A DNA stretch of 64,000 nt from Nanobdellota archaeon (GTDB lineage Archaea > Nanobdellota > Nanobdellia > Parvarchaeales > Parvarchaeaceae), in NCBI GenBank assembly GCA_021807125.1, contig JAKAPK010000002.1, positions 140,253 through 204,252 on the forward strand, given 5' to 3'. Under the pieces are notes generated by a model that had not been told where the DNA came from, ran no database searches, and saw only the letters and a list, made by a program, of their open reading frames with translations. Within the stretch, counting starts at the first letter, position 1. Every line of letters starts with the position of its first letter. Positions 54,218-63,803 of this stretch are shown here, piece after piece. Made by a program: the position numbers and the translations under genes.

Positions 54218-55786
54218 TCAACTCGTACAACCCTGCGTATAATTAGCTATATTGAGCGTATCCGCCTGTGACTGTGAGTAGTTATAGTTTGTATAGAGTA
54301 TTATTGGCAGCGTATCGAAATGGAAGTTTGAATTGAAATTGACCATATTGAGGTTAAGGTTGATCACAGTGTTTATACCTGCCTTGAAGTAGCTTGAAGG
54401 CACTTTACAGTCCATGTATCCTGTTCCTGGCAGGTCGAAACTTAAAATAGTACTGGCGGTCGCTGGTTTGCAGTCGCCGGCTGTATTTATAGTGTAACCT
54501 CCGACAATGAGCGAAGAGGCTGAAAAGTCTGTACTATTGAAGAAAACATCGAACGAATTTATCGCCGCGTTACCCTGACCCGAATTTGTCATTTGTATGG
54601 TTATTGGTATAAGCTTTGTCGAATTCAGTATCGGCATTTGTCCCTGATAGTTAGCTACTATTTCTACAGGACCCGGGCTCACGAAGTCCTCTGACGGCTG
54701 CTGCGCGTAGAATGACTGCTGTGAGGAAACTAGTGTCTTAACGTACTGTTTGTTCACAAAGACTATAGGAAATACCGTAGCGGAAGGATAATTCGTTACT
54801 GTCGAAACTATGTTAACCTGAATCGGCGCTGGAGGTCTCATACTCTTTACAGATGGACAATATACTGCTAGATTTGTAGAATTAGTAAACTGCTGTCCTG
54901 GAAATAAAGTCTGGAATGGTTGTGGAGTGAAAAGCGGGGAATTCTGAGAGGAAGATGGTTCTGTATAGTTACTGCAAACGCTCGGTTGCGTCGTTCCTGA
55001 GCACGACAAACTTACAAGAAGTTTATTTGGAGAGTTCGGCCCAAGTTCTGTGTTGCCTACGTTCCTTATTGTATAATACACATACTGCGGATCACTTTGG
55101 GGCGTAATGCCCGAAATCGTGTTTAATATAAGCTGTTGTGTCTGTGCCGGTGTCGATATGCTTACAAAGGACGTGAACGTCGCGTTATTGTGGACTACCG
55201 GTTTTGTGGAAGTATAAAAGCAGTTGTAAAAATTCGATCCTCCGCTAAAACCCCCTAAAACGCACGATGCCTCCGATGTCAGCGAAGTTATGGGTGTCAG
55301 GAAACTTCCTATGGCCGATAAATATGGGCTATAATAAAACTCTGCCTGATAAGAGAATATACCGGAGTGACTCGACGACAGGGAATAGAAGAACGCTCCT
55401 ATAAGTCCTATAAATATCAGAATCATTATTATGACAAGCCAATGACGTTTGCCTATTTTTTCTTTCGCTTTTTTACCGCCTGACAAAGCTTTGAAGAATT
55501 CGGTCATCGCATTTGCTTCCTGTTTTTCCGCTTTCAGCTCCACTTTTTGCGTGTTTGAAGGAGATGGTCCGGGAGTCGCAGCAGGCGGGGGGGGCGGAGG
55601 CGGGGGCGGTGGTGTTGGGGTCTGAACCTGCGCTTGTTTGTTATACAAATCCTTTATAGTCAAATATCCTCCTTGTGAGAATGCCATGTTAAGTCTTGGA
55701 TTTATCCATGCATTAAGAGCATTATTCCATTTCCAGCCAGGTCCTTGTGGTGGCGGATTTGCCTTTGGACCGTTAATGATAGCCAT
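54218..55786 (-). CDS. Membrane-anchored surface protein, paralogue 1, with Pro-rich cytoplasmic N-terminus
   Basis: Poly-Pro tract, basic patch then TM near residue 120; GPVEI linker; terminal NYNY strand; paired Cys. Start set at MAIING. Confidence 0.75.
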   Translation of the reverse strand: MAIINGPKANPPPQGPGWKWNNALNAWINPRLNMAFSQGGYLTIKDLYNKQAQVQTPTPPPPPPPPPPAATPGPSPSNTQKVELKAEKQEANAMTEFFKALSGGKKAKEKIGKRHWLVIIMILIFIGLIGAFFYSLSSSHSGIFSYQAEFYYSPYLSAIGSFLTPITSLTSEASCVLGGFSGGSNFYNCFYTSTKPVVHNNATFTSFVSISTPAQTQQLILNTISGITPQSDPQYVYYTIRNVGNTELGPNSPNKLLVSLSCSGTTQPSVCSNYTEPSSSQNSPLFTPQPFQTLFPGQQFTNSTNLAVYCPSVKSMRPPAPIQVNIVSTVTNYPSATVFPIVFVNKQYVKTLVSSQQSFYAQQPSEDFVSPGPVEIVANYQGQMPILNSTKLIPITIQMTNSGQGNAAINSFDVFFNSTDFSASSLIVGGYTINTAGDCKPATASTILSFDLPGTGYMDCKVPSSYFKAGINTVINLNLNMVNFNSNFHFDTLPIILYTNYNYSQSQADTLNIANYTQGCTS

Positions 55787-55849
55787 AATATCAAAACACA
55801 ATGCCCGTTTAAAACTCTATCGCTGAAAATATTGGCCTTTAATTGGAAA

Positions 55850-57052
55850 TTAAGGTGTCGATCTTAATGAGACATATTCTGGTATTACAAGGCCGTCGGA
55901 AGTCATAGTTATAGTACCTGTGTAGCTGTTCCCTGATTGGGAACCTGCGAAATCGCTGTAGGGAAGCACAAGGACATTCTCTCCGGTGGTTAATTTGCTG
56001 GAGGACATGTTAAATGTAGCGCCAGACGGATAAACCGTAAAGTCTATGTTACCTGATTTTATTATACTGTTAACGTACAGCGTAAGAACATAGTCTGAGT
56101 TGGAGACTTGAACGGTGTAAGGGATCGTTAAATTGTTCTGTGCAAGATATGGCGTCTGATATACCATTGCAGCATTTGCTATTTCATATCTGCTATTCGG
56201 AGATACGATGAATCCTAACTCAAAATTCATAGGGAGTATAGGTGAACTGCCGGTAGGTATCATCTGGTCTATCACAGATGGCGGGACGCGTATTGTCATT
56301 GGAGTGCCGTTGCTCTGACCAGCAGCAGACAAAGTATAGCCGTTAAGGCCAACATTCAGGTTTCCCGTTCCTATCGGGGTGTATTGTACATAAAAGTTGC
56401 CTAATCCATCAAAAGTCGGTATTACAACCTGATTCACACTCGACACATTGTTAGGCGATTCCTGTATTACAGATATGCTGTTAAAGTCTATCGACTGACT
56501 AAAAGCAAAGCCGTTTAAATCGTTATAGATTGATATCGTGTTCTTCCCACTGTTAGCTTGCGGCATCTTAAGCACGACTACGCCTGACGAAGGAGCTTCC
56601 TGGTAGAAATAATTACCATTGAGAGCGACCTTTAGAATAGGCGGACCTGATACAGAGCTTATGTTCATTACAAGAAAATACGTATCCTGCGTATTGGTAT
56701 TTACACCTACGTTGTAAGATGCAGAGCCTATCAAAGATGATGTCAGGCTAAAAGAGCCCTGCGTCGATAAAGTTGAGTTAGCTTCGTTATAAAACACGCC
56801 GAATGTGCCGACCGGATACGTAAGATTCTCGCTTATTGGATTACCTCCCACGTAAGAAGTAAGATTATAGAAAAACCCTGGTTGTTGAACCGGTGGAGGA
56901 GTATGTGATCCGCTGGAACTACTCGAAGAGAAATTACCAAACACCAAGCTGTAGCTTGTCGGAGGCGGTATTATTATAAGATAAGCGATTATAGCTCCTA
57001 TAAGAAAGATTATAAGCACGACTGCAGCTGATACACGTTCTCTTTGTTCCAT
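55850..57052 (-). CDS. N-anchored beta-rich surface protein (400 aa)
   Basis: SAAVVLIIFLIGAIIAYLIIIPPP anchor; all-beta, Ser/Asn/Thr-rich; heads the paralogue cluster. Confidence 0.7.
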   Translation of the reverse strand: MEQRERVSAAVVLIIFLIGAIIAYLIIIPPPTSYSLVFGNFSSSSSSGSHTPPPVQQPGFFYNLTSYVGGNPISENLTYPVGTFGVFYNEANSTLSTQGSFSLTSSLIGSASYNVGVNTNTQDTYFLVMNISSVSGPPILKVALNGNYFYQEAPSSGVVVLKMPQANSGKNTISIYNDLNGFAFSQSIDFNSISVIQESPNNVSSVNQVVIPTFDGLGNFYVQYTPIGTGNLNVGLNGYTLSAAGQSNGTPMTIRVPPSVIDQMIPTGSSPILPMNFELGFIVSPNSRYEIANAAMVYQTPYLAQNNLTIPYTVQVSNSDYVLTLYVNSIIKSGNIDFTVYPSGATFNMSSSKLTTGENVLVLPYSDFAGSQSGNSYTGTITMTSDGLVIPEYVSLRSTP

Positions 57053-57093
57053 CGTACACTATTCTTTAGCAGTGTTATAGTATATAAATATTA

Positions 57094-57372
57094 CTATTCT
57101 GTAGTAAAGTAGTTTTTTAACTCTTCTGGGACGGTAAAAAAACCAGCTTTTATACCGGCATCGACGTAAGCCCAGCTGATAACAATCGCTTCAAAAGCAA
57201 GTATGAAGTTGTTAGCAGATTCAAAGTAAGCCGCATCGTTGAAATAATTGTTTGCCATACTAAGGAAATCGTTTGATTCGTTCGAATTGCTAAGCACTTG
57301 GAGTTCCGAGATTACTCTGGACATCTTATCCTTCTGTTTTAAGTATCTTTCGCGCAAGTCGTCGGTTTCCAT
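57094..57372 (-). CDS. DUF357-family protein
   Basis: MANNYFNDAAYF...AFEAIVISWAYVDAG pattern. Confidence 0.8.
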   Translation of the reverse strand: METDDLRERYLKQKDKMSRVISELQVLSNSNESNDFLSMANNYFNDAAYFESANNFILAFEAIVISWAYVDAGIKAGFFTVPEELKNYFTTE

Positions 57373-57374
57373 AG

Positions 57375-58370
57375 CTAATAGTCCGTTAAAAGATTGTCTG
57401 GTTTATTAATTTTTTCTAAATACGACAGTATCCTATCGCTGCCGAACGAGTGATCATCGCACATAAATCCTATTAGTTTATCCTTTGAGACAGACTTAAT
57501 AACCGGCTTTTCGCTAACTTTATCGACAACAGGGTTCATGAAATACTCGAATATTTCGCTTATCGGATATTCTGCATCGAAATCGTAACTCTTAAGTATT
57601 TTTTCTACTGGGTCTTTTTTTACCAAAGCGAGCCCTTTTTTGGGTCCTATTCCCTTAACTCCAGAATTATAGTCCGTTCCTATGAGAAGAGCCAATGTTA
57701 TCAGCTGCTCGCGATTGATGTTTAAAGACGAGAATATGTTTCTAGACTCTATCATCTCTGGACTTACAGTTACGGTTACGCCTTTTCCTGCCAGTTTCTT
57801 TTTATTGGTTATACTAAGATTCCTTACTATTCTTTCTCCGCCGAAAAGTATCGTATCATAATCTTGTGAAGCGACGGCATAAGCTATGTTATCCTTGTTT
57901 AATCCGGCAGCCTGTGCCTCACCTTCCGCAGGAGCTTGATATATGGGGATCCCTAATAGTGATAGGAGTTCTTTAGACGAGGATATTATGTAATCATCTA
58001 CTTTTACTGTACGTTTAAGGTACATCGCACGCTCTTCTTCTGTCTCCGCTTCCTCTGCAAGTTTTGCGGCGTGCTCTTTTGCTTTTTGTCTTTCCAGATT
58101 AGTATTTTGTTTGAATTTTGGATAACTTCCATCGAATATGAACCATGGTACTACATTGGCACTCAAAAGGTTCATTGACCTATAAAATATACCATTCAAG
58201 TGACTGGTCACTTTTCCGTTCTTGTCGGACAAAGGAGACCCGTCGGCCAACCTTATTGTAGTGAGAAACTGATATATCCAATTGAAAGCGTCTATCGCTA
58301 TTACTCTGCCAGATAAATCATTAACGTTTATTTTCCTAGGCGAAGCGAGTCCCTGAAGCTTTACACCCAT
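57375..58370 (-). CDS. fen: Flap endonuclease 1
   Basis: MGV, IDAFNWIYQFL, FDG, APAEGEAQAA, SQDYD, GTDYN, GIGPKK; ends in a degenerate PIP-like NLLTDY. Confidence 0.96.
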   Translation of the reverse strand: MGVKLQGLASPRKINVNDLSGRVIAIDAFNWIYQFLTTIRLADGSPLSDKNGKVTSHLNGIFYRSMNLLSANVVPWFIFDGSYPKFKQNTNLERQKAKEHAAKLAEEAETEEERAMYLKRTVKVDDYIISSSKELLSLLGIPIYQAPAEGEAQAAGLNKDNIAYAVASQDYDTILFGGERIVRNLSITNKKKLAGKGVTVTVSPEMIESRNIFSSLNINREQLITLALLIGTDYNSGVKGIGPKKGLALVKKDPVEKILKSYDFDAEYPISEIFEYFMNPVVDKVSEKPVIKSVSKDKLIGFMCDDHSFGSDRILSYLEKINKPDNLLTDY

Positions 58371-58371
58371 A

Positions 58372-59262
58372 CTATTCTGTTGTTACTGTCACCTCATTAC
58401 CATCAATGAGCAGTGTGTGTTCAAACTGTGCGACGTTACCATTCTGCTGTTCTTTTAACACGTTAAATTCATAAAGAGCGCCGGAACTTACCAGTGGTTT
58501 TAGTTCTAGTTCTGCCATAATACCAAACTTTTCGAGTATCCATCTTTTCGCAAACGGAAGCGTGTTATATTCTGAAGCTATAAAGTCAAGTATCTGTCTT
58601 CCAAGTTGGCTTCTAACCGGCTTAGTTTCTACTAACATAAGTATTTGTACCTCTGGGCTATCGACAACGTAACCTCCTCCATCGGTTGCGAACGGTTCTA
58701 TGGCAAATGCCCCTTCTTTTTTTATCATATGACTGCTATTTCCCCTGATATTCGGTATGAAATCGGCCTCATGTATGGAATATCTTTCAATCCCGTGTCC
58801 TCCTAGATTCACTATCGGATTGCAGCCTTTGCCTCTTATGGCCTCTTCTATCGTTTTGCTTATTTCGTCTATCCTGATACCTGGCTTAACTTTCTTTATA
58901 GCATTACTGAGCGCTTCCTTGGCCGCGTCTAATACCTTGTTCTCTCCGCCTCCGACTAACACGGTCGCGGCGGTATCTGAAAGATAACCGTCAACACTCG
59001 CACCTACGTCTATCTTGAGAAGGTCTCCTTTTTTAAGTTCGGTGGCGTCCTTGAATTTTGGAGTGTAATGTGCTGCAAAATAATTTAGGGACAAATTGGG
59101 CGGAAAGGCAGGCTTTGCACCAGCATCGGATATTTTTTTCTCTATTGCTAGCGCTATATCAAGAAGTTTTGCACCTGGTTCGGCTAAAGATATGCCAAAA
59201 TCCCGAGCCTCTTTGCCTATTTTGCCAGCCAGTATCCATTTTTCCTTTTCGCTTTTTTCCAT
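58372..59262 (-). CDS. map: Methionine aminopeptidase, type II
   Basis: AAHYTP, KIDVG, DGYLSDTA, GGHGI, AIEPFAT, AQFEHT. Confidence 0.96.
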   Translation of the reverse strand: MEKSEKEKWILAGKIGKEARDFGISLAEPGAKLLDIALAIEKKISDAGAKPAFPPNLSLNYFAAHYTPKFKDATELKKGDLLKIDVGASVDGYLSDTAATVLVGGGENKVLDAAKEALSNAIKKVKPGIRIDEISKTIEEAIRGKGCNPIVNLGGHGIERYSIHEADFIPNIRGNSSHMIKKEGAFAIEPFATDGGGYVVDSPEVQILMLVETKPVRSQLGRQILDFIASEYNTLPFAKRWILEKFGIMAELELKPLVSSGALYEFNVLKEQQNGNVAQFEHTLLIDGNEVTVTTE

Positions 59263-59272
59263 GATTATAGTG

Positions 59273-61594
59273 CTAGACAAAGAAGTTATTTAAAGAATTT
59301 TGTCCTTCTCCTACTATGTCCTCATCTATGAAACCAAGCACTGAAAATATCTGAGATACAGAAGGTAAAACCTGCTGTTTTATGTAATATTCAGAGTCAT
59401 ATTTTGTGCCGCTCTCTACGGCTATATCATAAAGCAGCGCTCTTTCAGATACAGGTTCCTTTCCTTTGCCCTTTGCTATTATATATTTTATTGTGTCACC
59501 GCTTGAGAACTTTACACCGCTGCGCGATGCTGCCGAAACGTGTCTGCCTTTCTGCTGGTAACTGGAAAGTTCCTTGTGCAATCGTGTGAGTATTACTAAC
59601 TTGTCTAAAGGCACTTTACCCGATTTTAAATTTGATATTATTTCTCTTACGTAATTAAGTGCTGCGTTTACGTCGTCGTCTATTAATATTTTTCGCAACA
59701 CCGTCGTCTGTGTCTCCTTTGCAATCACCGACCAATCTCTTCGTACTGATTGAAATCCTTTTACGATTAAGTTTCCATTTGAATCGACCATGGCATACTT
59801 TTTCTTTGCACCATGGCCGCTACCTTTTACGCTAACGAAAATTGCCCTAAGGTAAATACCCTGCAGTTCTAACTCCATTGGATACGGTAACTTCGAATTT
59901 ATGCTCTTTAAGAAAGCATCAACCTTTAAAGAGTCGCTTTCTCCCGCAAGAAAGCTGCTGTCGGTGTCTGCGTATATAACGTTGAACTTGTGGCTTTCAG
60001 CCTCATCTATAACTTTGTGTACATATTCTCGCCCGAAACGCGTTATTGCTCCGGCACATTCGAAACAGTACCATCTCGCATTATAATACCCGAGATACCC
60101 ATAAAACCCGTTCGCTATAAGCTTCAGTACCATAACTCTTGCTTTTAGCGCCGGGCTATCGTCCACCTTCATCCTTTTTTTAGCATCAGCCCTAAGTACT
60201 AGTATATTATCCAGTATAGACGGTATAAGGCCCTGTCGTTTTTCTTTACCTAAAAAGGATATGTTACCTTCTGTGCGTACCATGGTGGATGGACAAATAT
60301 TATAAGAAACTATTATACTTGGATAAAGGCTGCGAAAATCGAACACTGAAACATCCTTATATAAGCCCGGTTTTGGCTGATACACGAATGCGCCCTCATT
60401 TACGTGCCTTAATCTGTCGCCCACCTCAAATTCTGACGGCCTATTCGGGATTAACTCACCGATTTCCACTGCCTTTTTCATTATAAGGTGTTCCACGGCA
60501 GCGCCAGTAGTCATTCTGGAAACGTCTGAAAGAGATTGTCCGATAAGCCTGTTTAACTCTGAAAGCAAAGGAAACAGCTTTTCATATATCTTATAAGTAA
60601 TATAAGAATCGTGCGCACAATATTCGCACAAGTTCGTAGCTAGTTCAGCGTTCGAAAAGATTTCGCTTATCTTGTTCCAATCAAAGGACTTCTTCTTTTC
60701 ACCCAACATTTCCTGAGCTACAGCATCCAGAGTAAGCATTTCTGTTTTCAGATTGTATACTGCATAAATGTTGCGTATAAAATCTAGAACATCTATGTGA
60801 ATCAGCCCGTTTATCTCTGATGTTTTTCGCTTTCCTTCCTTGACTTTTATACCGAAACCCTGAAAAAGCAGCTTGATTCCGAGAACGCTTGCTCGGGTAT
60901 TTATGTAAGGCAGATCAAAGCTGTCTGAATTGTAGCCTATTATAACCTGTGCATGACTTTCAGATACATATTCCGAAAACCGTTTCAGAAGAGCCCTCTC
61001 ATCTGCTACTCTTTCTATAGAGTCCCCTTTAGCATCAAGCCAAGTTATGCACTTTTTCACGCCGTAATTTGCTATCGATATTGCAAGTATGGGGTCTTCA
61101 CGTGGATCTGGAAAATTTTTCTTGGAGAACGTCTCTATGTCTATTGCTATCGCCTTAAGCGGCGGGTTGCCGTTCGAAACATCCGTTATCTCTTTTACAT
61201 AATCGCCATCCATGTCTAGTTTCAATTCGGTGAATGTACCGATGTTGTGGTCCAAGAAATATCTCTTGTAGAATGGAATGTCTGCATCGTACGTGTTCAT
61301 GCCAAGCGTCTTAAGTTTTGGTACGTCCTCTGGTAGTGCGGTAAAAACCCTGCTTACTGTGATGTCTTTGCCCAGTCTTTTCTTTGAAATTTCGTCTATC
61401 TGCTTAACGAATGGAAACTGCTTTACAGCTGACTCTATCCTGTCCTTTGTCGCAGATATGTAGCAGTAAGGTCTAAAGGAATCGTCGTACACGATCTTTT
61501 TTTCGCCTTTGTCAGTTAAACCGAATATCCGGATAACCGGCCTCTCCTCAATAACGACATAATCTATGTCTATAGGGAATAACCTTAGTTCCAT
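59273..61594 (-). CDS. polB: Family B DNA polymerase
   Basis: Exo DIET, GYNSDSFD; pol DFRSLYPSI, KLIANGFYGY, YADTDS, KKKY; single uninterrupted ORF. Confidence 0.97.
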   Translation of the reverse strand: MELRLFPIDIDYVVIEERPVIRIFGLTDKGEKKIVYDDSFRPYCYISATKDRIESAVKQFPFVKQIDEISKKRLGKDITVSRVFTALPEDVPKLKTLGMNTYDADIPFYKRYFLDHNIGTFTELKLDMDGDYVKEITDVSNGNPPLKAIAIDIETFSKKNFPDPREDPILAISIANYGVKKCITWLDAKGDSIERVADERALLKRFSEYVSESHAQVIIGYNSDSFDLPYINTRASVLGIKLLFQGFGIKVKEGKRKTSEINGLIHIDVLDFIRNIYAVYNLKTEMLTLDAVAQEMLGEKKKSFDWNKISEIFSNAELATNLCEYCAHDSYITYKIYEKLFPLLSELNRLIGQSLSDVSRMTTGAAVEHLIMKKAVEIGELIPNRPSEFEVGDRLRHVNEGAFVYQPKPGLYKDVSVFDFRSLYPSIIVSYNICPSTMVRTEGNISFLGKEKRQGLIPSILDNILVLRADAKKRMKVDDSPALKARVMVLKLIANGFYGYLGYYNARWYCFECAGAITRFGREYVHKVIDEAESHKFNVIYADTDSSFLAGESDSLKVDAFLKSINSKLPYPMELELQGIYLRAIFVSVKGSGHGAKKKYAMVDSNGNLIVKGFQSVRRDWSVIAKETQTTVLRKILIDDDVNAALNYVREIISNLKSGKVPLDKLVILTRLHKELSSYQQKGRHVSAASRSGVKFSSGDTIKYIIAKGKGKEPVSERALLYDIAVESGTKYDSEYYIKQQVLPSVSQIFSVLGFIDEDIVGEGQNSLNNFFV

Positions 61595-61602
61595 CAAAAG
61601 AG

Positions 61603-61674
61603 GGCCGCGACTGGGATTCGGACCCAGGTCAAAAGGGCCACAGCCTCTTATTCTACCACTAAACTATCGCGGCC
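61603..61674 (-). tRNA. tRNA-His(GTG) with encoded G-1
   Basis: G-1 then GCCGCGA/TCGCGGC then C73; anticodon arm AGAGG-CTGTGGC-CCTTT; T arm CTGGG-TCCGAAT-CCCAG. Confidence 0.93.
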
Positions 61675-61794
61675 ATACGATAATTAACGAAACTTGCGTA
61701 TTTATTTCTGTTATGGTTCCAGGCTATAAGTATGCAAATTATAGGTCCTTATTATTCTGAATATTAGTCTAAGATAGTCTTAAAGCGGTAATGT

Positions 61795-63552
61795 TTATTT
61801 TACGGTAACTGCCTTTGCTAGGTTTCTTGGATGATCACAGTCTATTCCCTTAAGCAGAGAAGTTTTGTATGCGAGGAGCTGCAAAGCCATAGCCTGAAAC
61901 ACGAAAGTAAACATTCCCGCATCCGGTATCCTTATGAACATGTCAAAGGTATTTGACGGTTTGTCTGATATTCCTATTATCTTGCCCTTTCTAGCCTTGA
62001 CTTCCTCTAAATTGTGTGTTGTGGCATCCCTAAACCTATTGGAAACCAACGCTATCGAATATTTGTCGCTTGAAATCAATGCCAATGGCCCGTGTTTAAA
62101 TGTCGCAGCGTCTATAGCTTCTGCATGGACATAGGCTATCTCTTTGAGTTTTAGTGCGCCTTCCATACACAGTACATAGTCGTGATCTCTACCAAGATAA
62201 AAGACATCGTCCATTTCCTTTAGTTTTTCTGCCGCTGTATCTATGGCTCTGTTCACAGACGGTACTAGCAGATTATACATGTTAAGATTAAGAAGTCTTA
62301 AGTCTTTGAACGCCTCGTTTATCCTGCCAGATGCCGCCATTGCTATAAAGGCCGTGTAGAGAGAGGATAACGTGAACGCTTTTGTTGATGCAACGGCCTT
62401 TTCGGGGCCTGCGCCTATGTCTATGAATATATCGACTTCCCGTGCAATCGTGGAGCTCTCATTGTTTATGAGTCCTATCTTTTTGTTGTTTTTTATCAGA
62501 GGCAGCGCACTTATTATATCTGCCGTTTCTCCACTCTGTGATATTATTATGAAAACGTCCCTTGGGGAAATAACTTTCAAATAAGTAAGTATCTCCTGTC
62601 CTTGTATTGGCACAGCCTGTATACCATTCTCCAGGAAAAACTTTGCGCCTAGCATTCCTGCGTAATGGGATGTCCCGGCACCCAATATATACACGGTTCT
62701 CGCGGATTTAACTAGATCTGCAGCTGCATAAACTTTGGAAAAATCCGTCGATTCGAACTTTCTTATAAGATTAGGCTGCTCAAGTATTTCCTTTATCATA
62801 AAATGCTTGTGCCGGCCCTTTTCTATGTCTTTTATTGAAAAATTTACTGTAGACACCTGGTGTTTCATTTTGTTGTCTAGAAGATTATCTATAGCATATC
62901 CGCTCTTTGATATACGTACCATATCTCCATCCATAAGATAAATCACTTTATTTGTGTATTTTAAGAAAGATGGCACATCGCTGGAAACGAACGTTCCGTT
63001 TTTAGATATTCCTAACACTAGAGGAGAACCATTCTTCACGGCTATCAAGTCGTCGGAATCCTTATCCATTATGACGAAGGACGAAAGTCCTTTTATTTTT
63101 GAAAATAGTAGTTTCACCGCATCTTCTATTGGCAAACCCTCTTTAAGTTTTTCCTCAAGAAAATGAACCAACACTTCAGTATCGGTGTCCGACTTGAATT
63201 TATGCGCCATAAGTCCGGCTTTTAGCTCCTCCCAGTTTTCGATTATACCATTGTGCGCGACTGCTATTTTCTCCATGCAGTCTGCGAATGGGTGGGCATT
63301 TTCCTTGGTTATGTCGCCTATGGTGCCCCATCTTGTGTGAAAGATGCCTCTTGTAGAAGAGTATTTACCGATATCATACTTCTTTATTACTTCGTCTATC
63401 CTGCCTGTGTCTTTCTTGATTATAAGTTTATTATTATTTCCATCAAGAACGCACCCGCAGCTATCGTAGCCTCTATATTCAAGGTTACGTATGCCGTCCA
63501 TAAGGTATGGAACGGCGTTGTCTTGCCCGTTGTAAGCTATTATTCCGCACAT
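61795..63552 (-). CDS. glmS: Glutamine-fructose-6-phosphate aminotransferase
   Basis: MCGI, EYRGYDS, HTRW, HNGIIEN, SQSGETAD, ASTKAF, FKHGP, PRNLAKAVTV. Confidence 0.97.
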   Translation of the reverse strand: MCGIIAYNGQDNAVPYLMDGIRNLEYRGYDSCGCVLDGNNNKLIIKKDTGRIDEVIKKYDIGKYSSTRGIFHTRWGTIGDITKENAHPFADCMEKIAVAHNGIIENWEELKAGLMAHKFKSDTDTEVLVHFLEEKLKEGLPIEDAVKLLFSKIKGLSSFVIMDKDSDDLIAVKNGSPLVLGISKNGTFVSSDVPSFLKYTNKVIYLMDGDMVRISKSGYAIDNLLDNKMKHQVSTVNFSIKDIEKGRHKHFMIKEILEQPNLIRKFESTDFSKVYAAADLVKSARTVYILGAGTSHYAGMLGAKFFLENGIQAVPIQGQEILTYLKVISPRDVFIIISQSGETADIISALPLIKNNKKIGLINNESSTIAREVDIFIDIGAGPEKAVASTKAFTLSSLYTAFIAMAASGRINEAFKDLRLLNLNMYNLLVPSVNRAIDTAAEKLKEMDDVFYLGRDHDYVLCMEGALKLKEIAYVHAEAIDAATFKHGPLALISSDKYSIALVSNRFRDATTHNLEEVKARKGKIIGISDKPSNTFDMFIRIPDAGMFTFVFQAMALQLLAYKTSLLKGIDCDHPRNLAKAVTVK

Positions 63553-63803
63553 ATTTCGAATCTGAAAATATTACAAGGTTAGTTAGAATACAACTAGTAT
63601 TTAAACGTATCTTCGTCTAATTTTGATTTTTTGGGGTCTGAGGGTAACTACGGCCATTTCTTCGTGAACAGCCAAATAATGCGTATTGGCGCCATTTTAT
63701 ATAAAAAAGGTTTCAGACTAGACTATTATAGTTCATGGATATGCATTTTAGCTTCCAAAAAGATATTAATAAATAGGATTCATTGCTCTATAATAAAAGT
63801 GAT

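Noticed and set aside
63553-63803. Intergenic region with a small hairpin (GCCAAATA-ATGCG-TATTGGC) and short minus-strand ORFs; considered a glmS riboswitch or C/D sRNA
   Set aside because: No glmS ribozyme core or C box found; ORFs are under 20 codons; the divergent promoters explain the region.
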